Below, piece by piece: positions 8,078 through 8,520 of a DNA stretch of 8,520 nt. Source of the DNA: Octopus sinensis (Eukaryota); assembly GCF_006345805.1 (NCBI RefSeq), contig NW_021828406.1, positions 1 to 8,520 on the forward strand. The letters run 5' to 3'. Under the pieces are notes generated by a model. That model had not been told where the DNA came from. It was given only the letters and a program-made list of their open reading frames with translations, and ran no database searches. Each line of letters opens with the position of its first letter. Position 1 is the stretch's first letter. Position numbers and translations under genes: made by a program.

Positions 8078-8325
8078 TGTATGTATGTGTGTGTGTAAAA
8101 ATGTACACGTCTTATCAGTAGATAGCGAAGGATGTCATCACAATACTATCTACGAATGCTGCATGGCGTTCTTGCTAACATGGAGTTCTTGGTGACGTAA
8201 AATATACGTAAAACCATTTGTGGGAGGAAAAGTGTTCTATGATTATTGCACAGGTATAATATATTAGGAGTACGGATAGATCGTTTCATCAGAATTTTTC
8301 CAAGTGTAAAACAACACAAGAGCAT

Positions 8326-8396
8326 GTGGGTGTGTATGCGTGGGTGTGCATGTGTTTGTGTGTGTGTGTGTGCGTGTGCGCGCGTGTGTGTGTGTA
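8326..8396 (+). repeat. (TG)n/(CG)n microsatellite interrupting the RT remnant
   Basis: TGTGTGTGTGTGCGTGTGCGCGCGTGTGTGTGTG. A second short TATG/TG run lies at 8078-8096. Confidence 0.9.
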
Positions 8397-8520
8397 TTTC
8401 TGTGTAGTGGCATCTACAAGAACGTGGCAAATCAGTCGCATAACCTCGCGTATATGGAATTGAGGCAAGGTGCGCACGATGAGGAGGTGCATCGAAGAAT
8501 TTTGTAATTATACTAACGTA

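Larger units (their letters stand above)
7280..8520 (-). mobile_element. Decayed CR1-clade non-LTR retrotransposon reverse transcriptase and C-terminal region, cut by the window edge
   Basis: Motif remnants occur in the correct order and roughly correct spacing on the minus strand. They are KFFDAPPHRAHLA (8502; cf. KAFDxVPHxxLL), SIRTP (8280; cf. QGSxLGP), IFYVTK (8199; cf. FADDTK, with TAC GTC each one substitution from GAC GAC), IRFN (8069), TYSIN (8024), QERDVWII...DIDNIV (7930; cf. EKDLGVxI...HIxxIV), KVYR, RSVIFASP (7749; cf. RxxLEYASP), HDEGLRYSSITILVLHR...RVYQIL (7646-7551; cf. YxERLxxLxLxSLxxRR...YKIL) and RQFFFS (7352). Multiple stops and frameshifts are present. The extent below ~7550 is tentative. 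Confidence 0.75.

Noticed and set aside
1-8520. CRISPR array, operon, tRNA or rRNA gene
   Set aside because: There is no repeat-spacer periodicity. The tRNA-like boxes lack a cloverleaf and belong to SINEs, and the DNA is eukaryotic in character.

Overview
AT-rich, microsatellite-dense eukaryotic DNA that looks intronic or intergenic. No host protein-coding gene is recognisable, and most ORF-track entries are read-throughs of simple repeats. The microsatellite load and the tRNA-derived SINE head resemble octopus (coleoid cephalopod) genomes; this is recalled from memory, not a database hit. From left to right the window holds: a SINE head fused to a possible RTE remnant (about 1100-1365, minus strand); three same-orientation copies of a ~0.5 kb non-coding element, each ending at ACTC-(AAT)n (1541-3084), with a tRNA-derived SINE inserted between copies 2 and 3; large (ATT)n, (TG)n and (AGAT)n tracts; and a decayed CR1-clade reverse transcriptase running in from the right edge (8520 to ~7280, minus strand). 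A 169-bp piece of that RT is duplicated 2,559 bp away (5350-5518 vs 7909-8077), with a 75-bp identical core. Nothing here proves a new biological system. The best candidates for follow-up are the (AAT)n-anchored element cluster and the near-identical duplicate inside a dead LINE.
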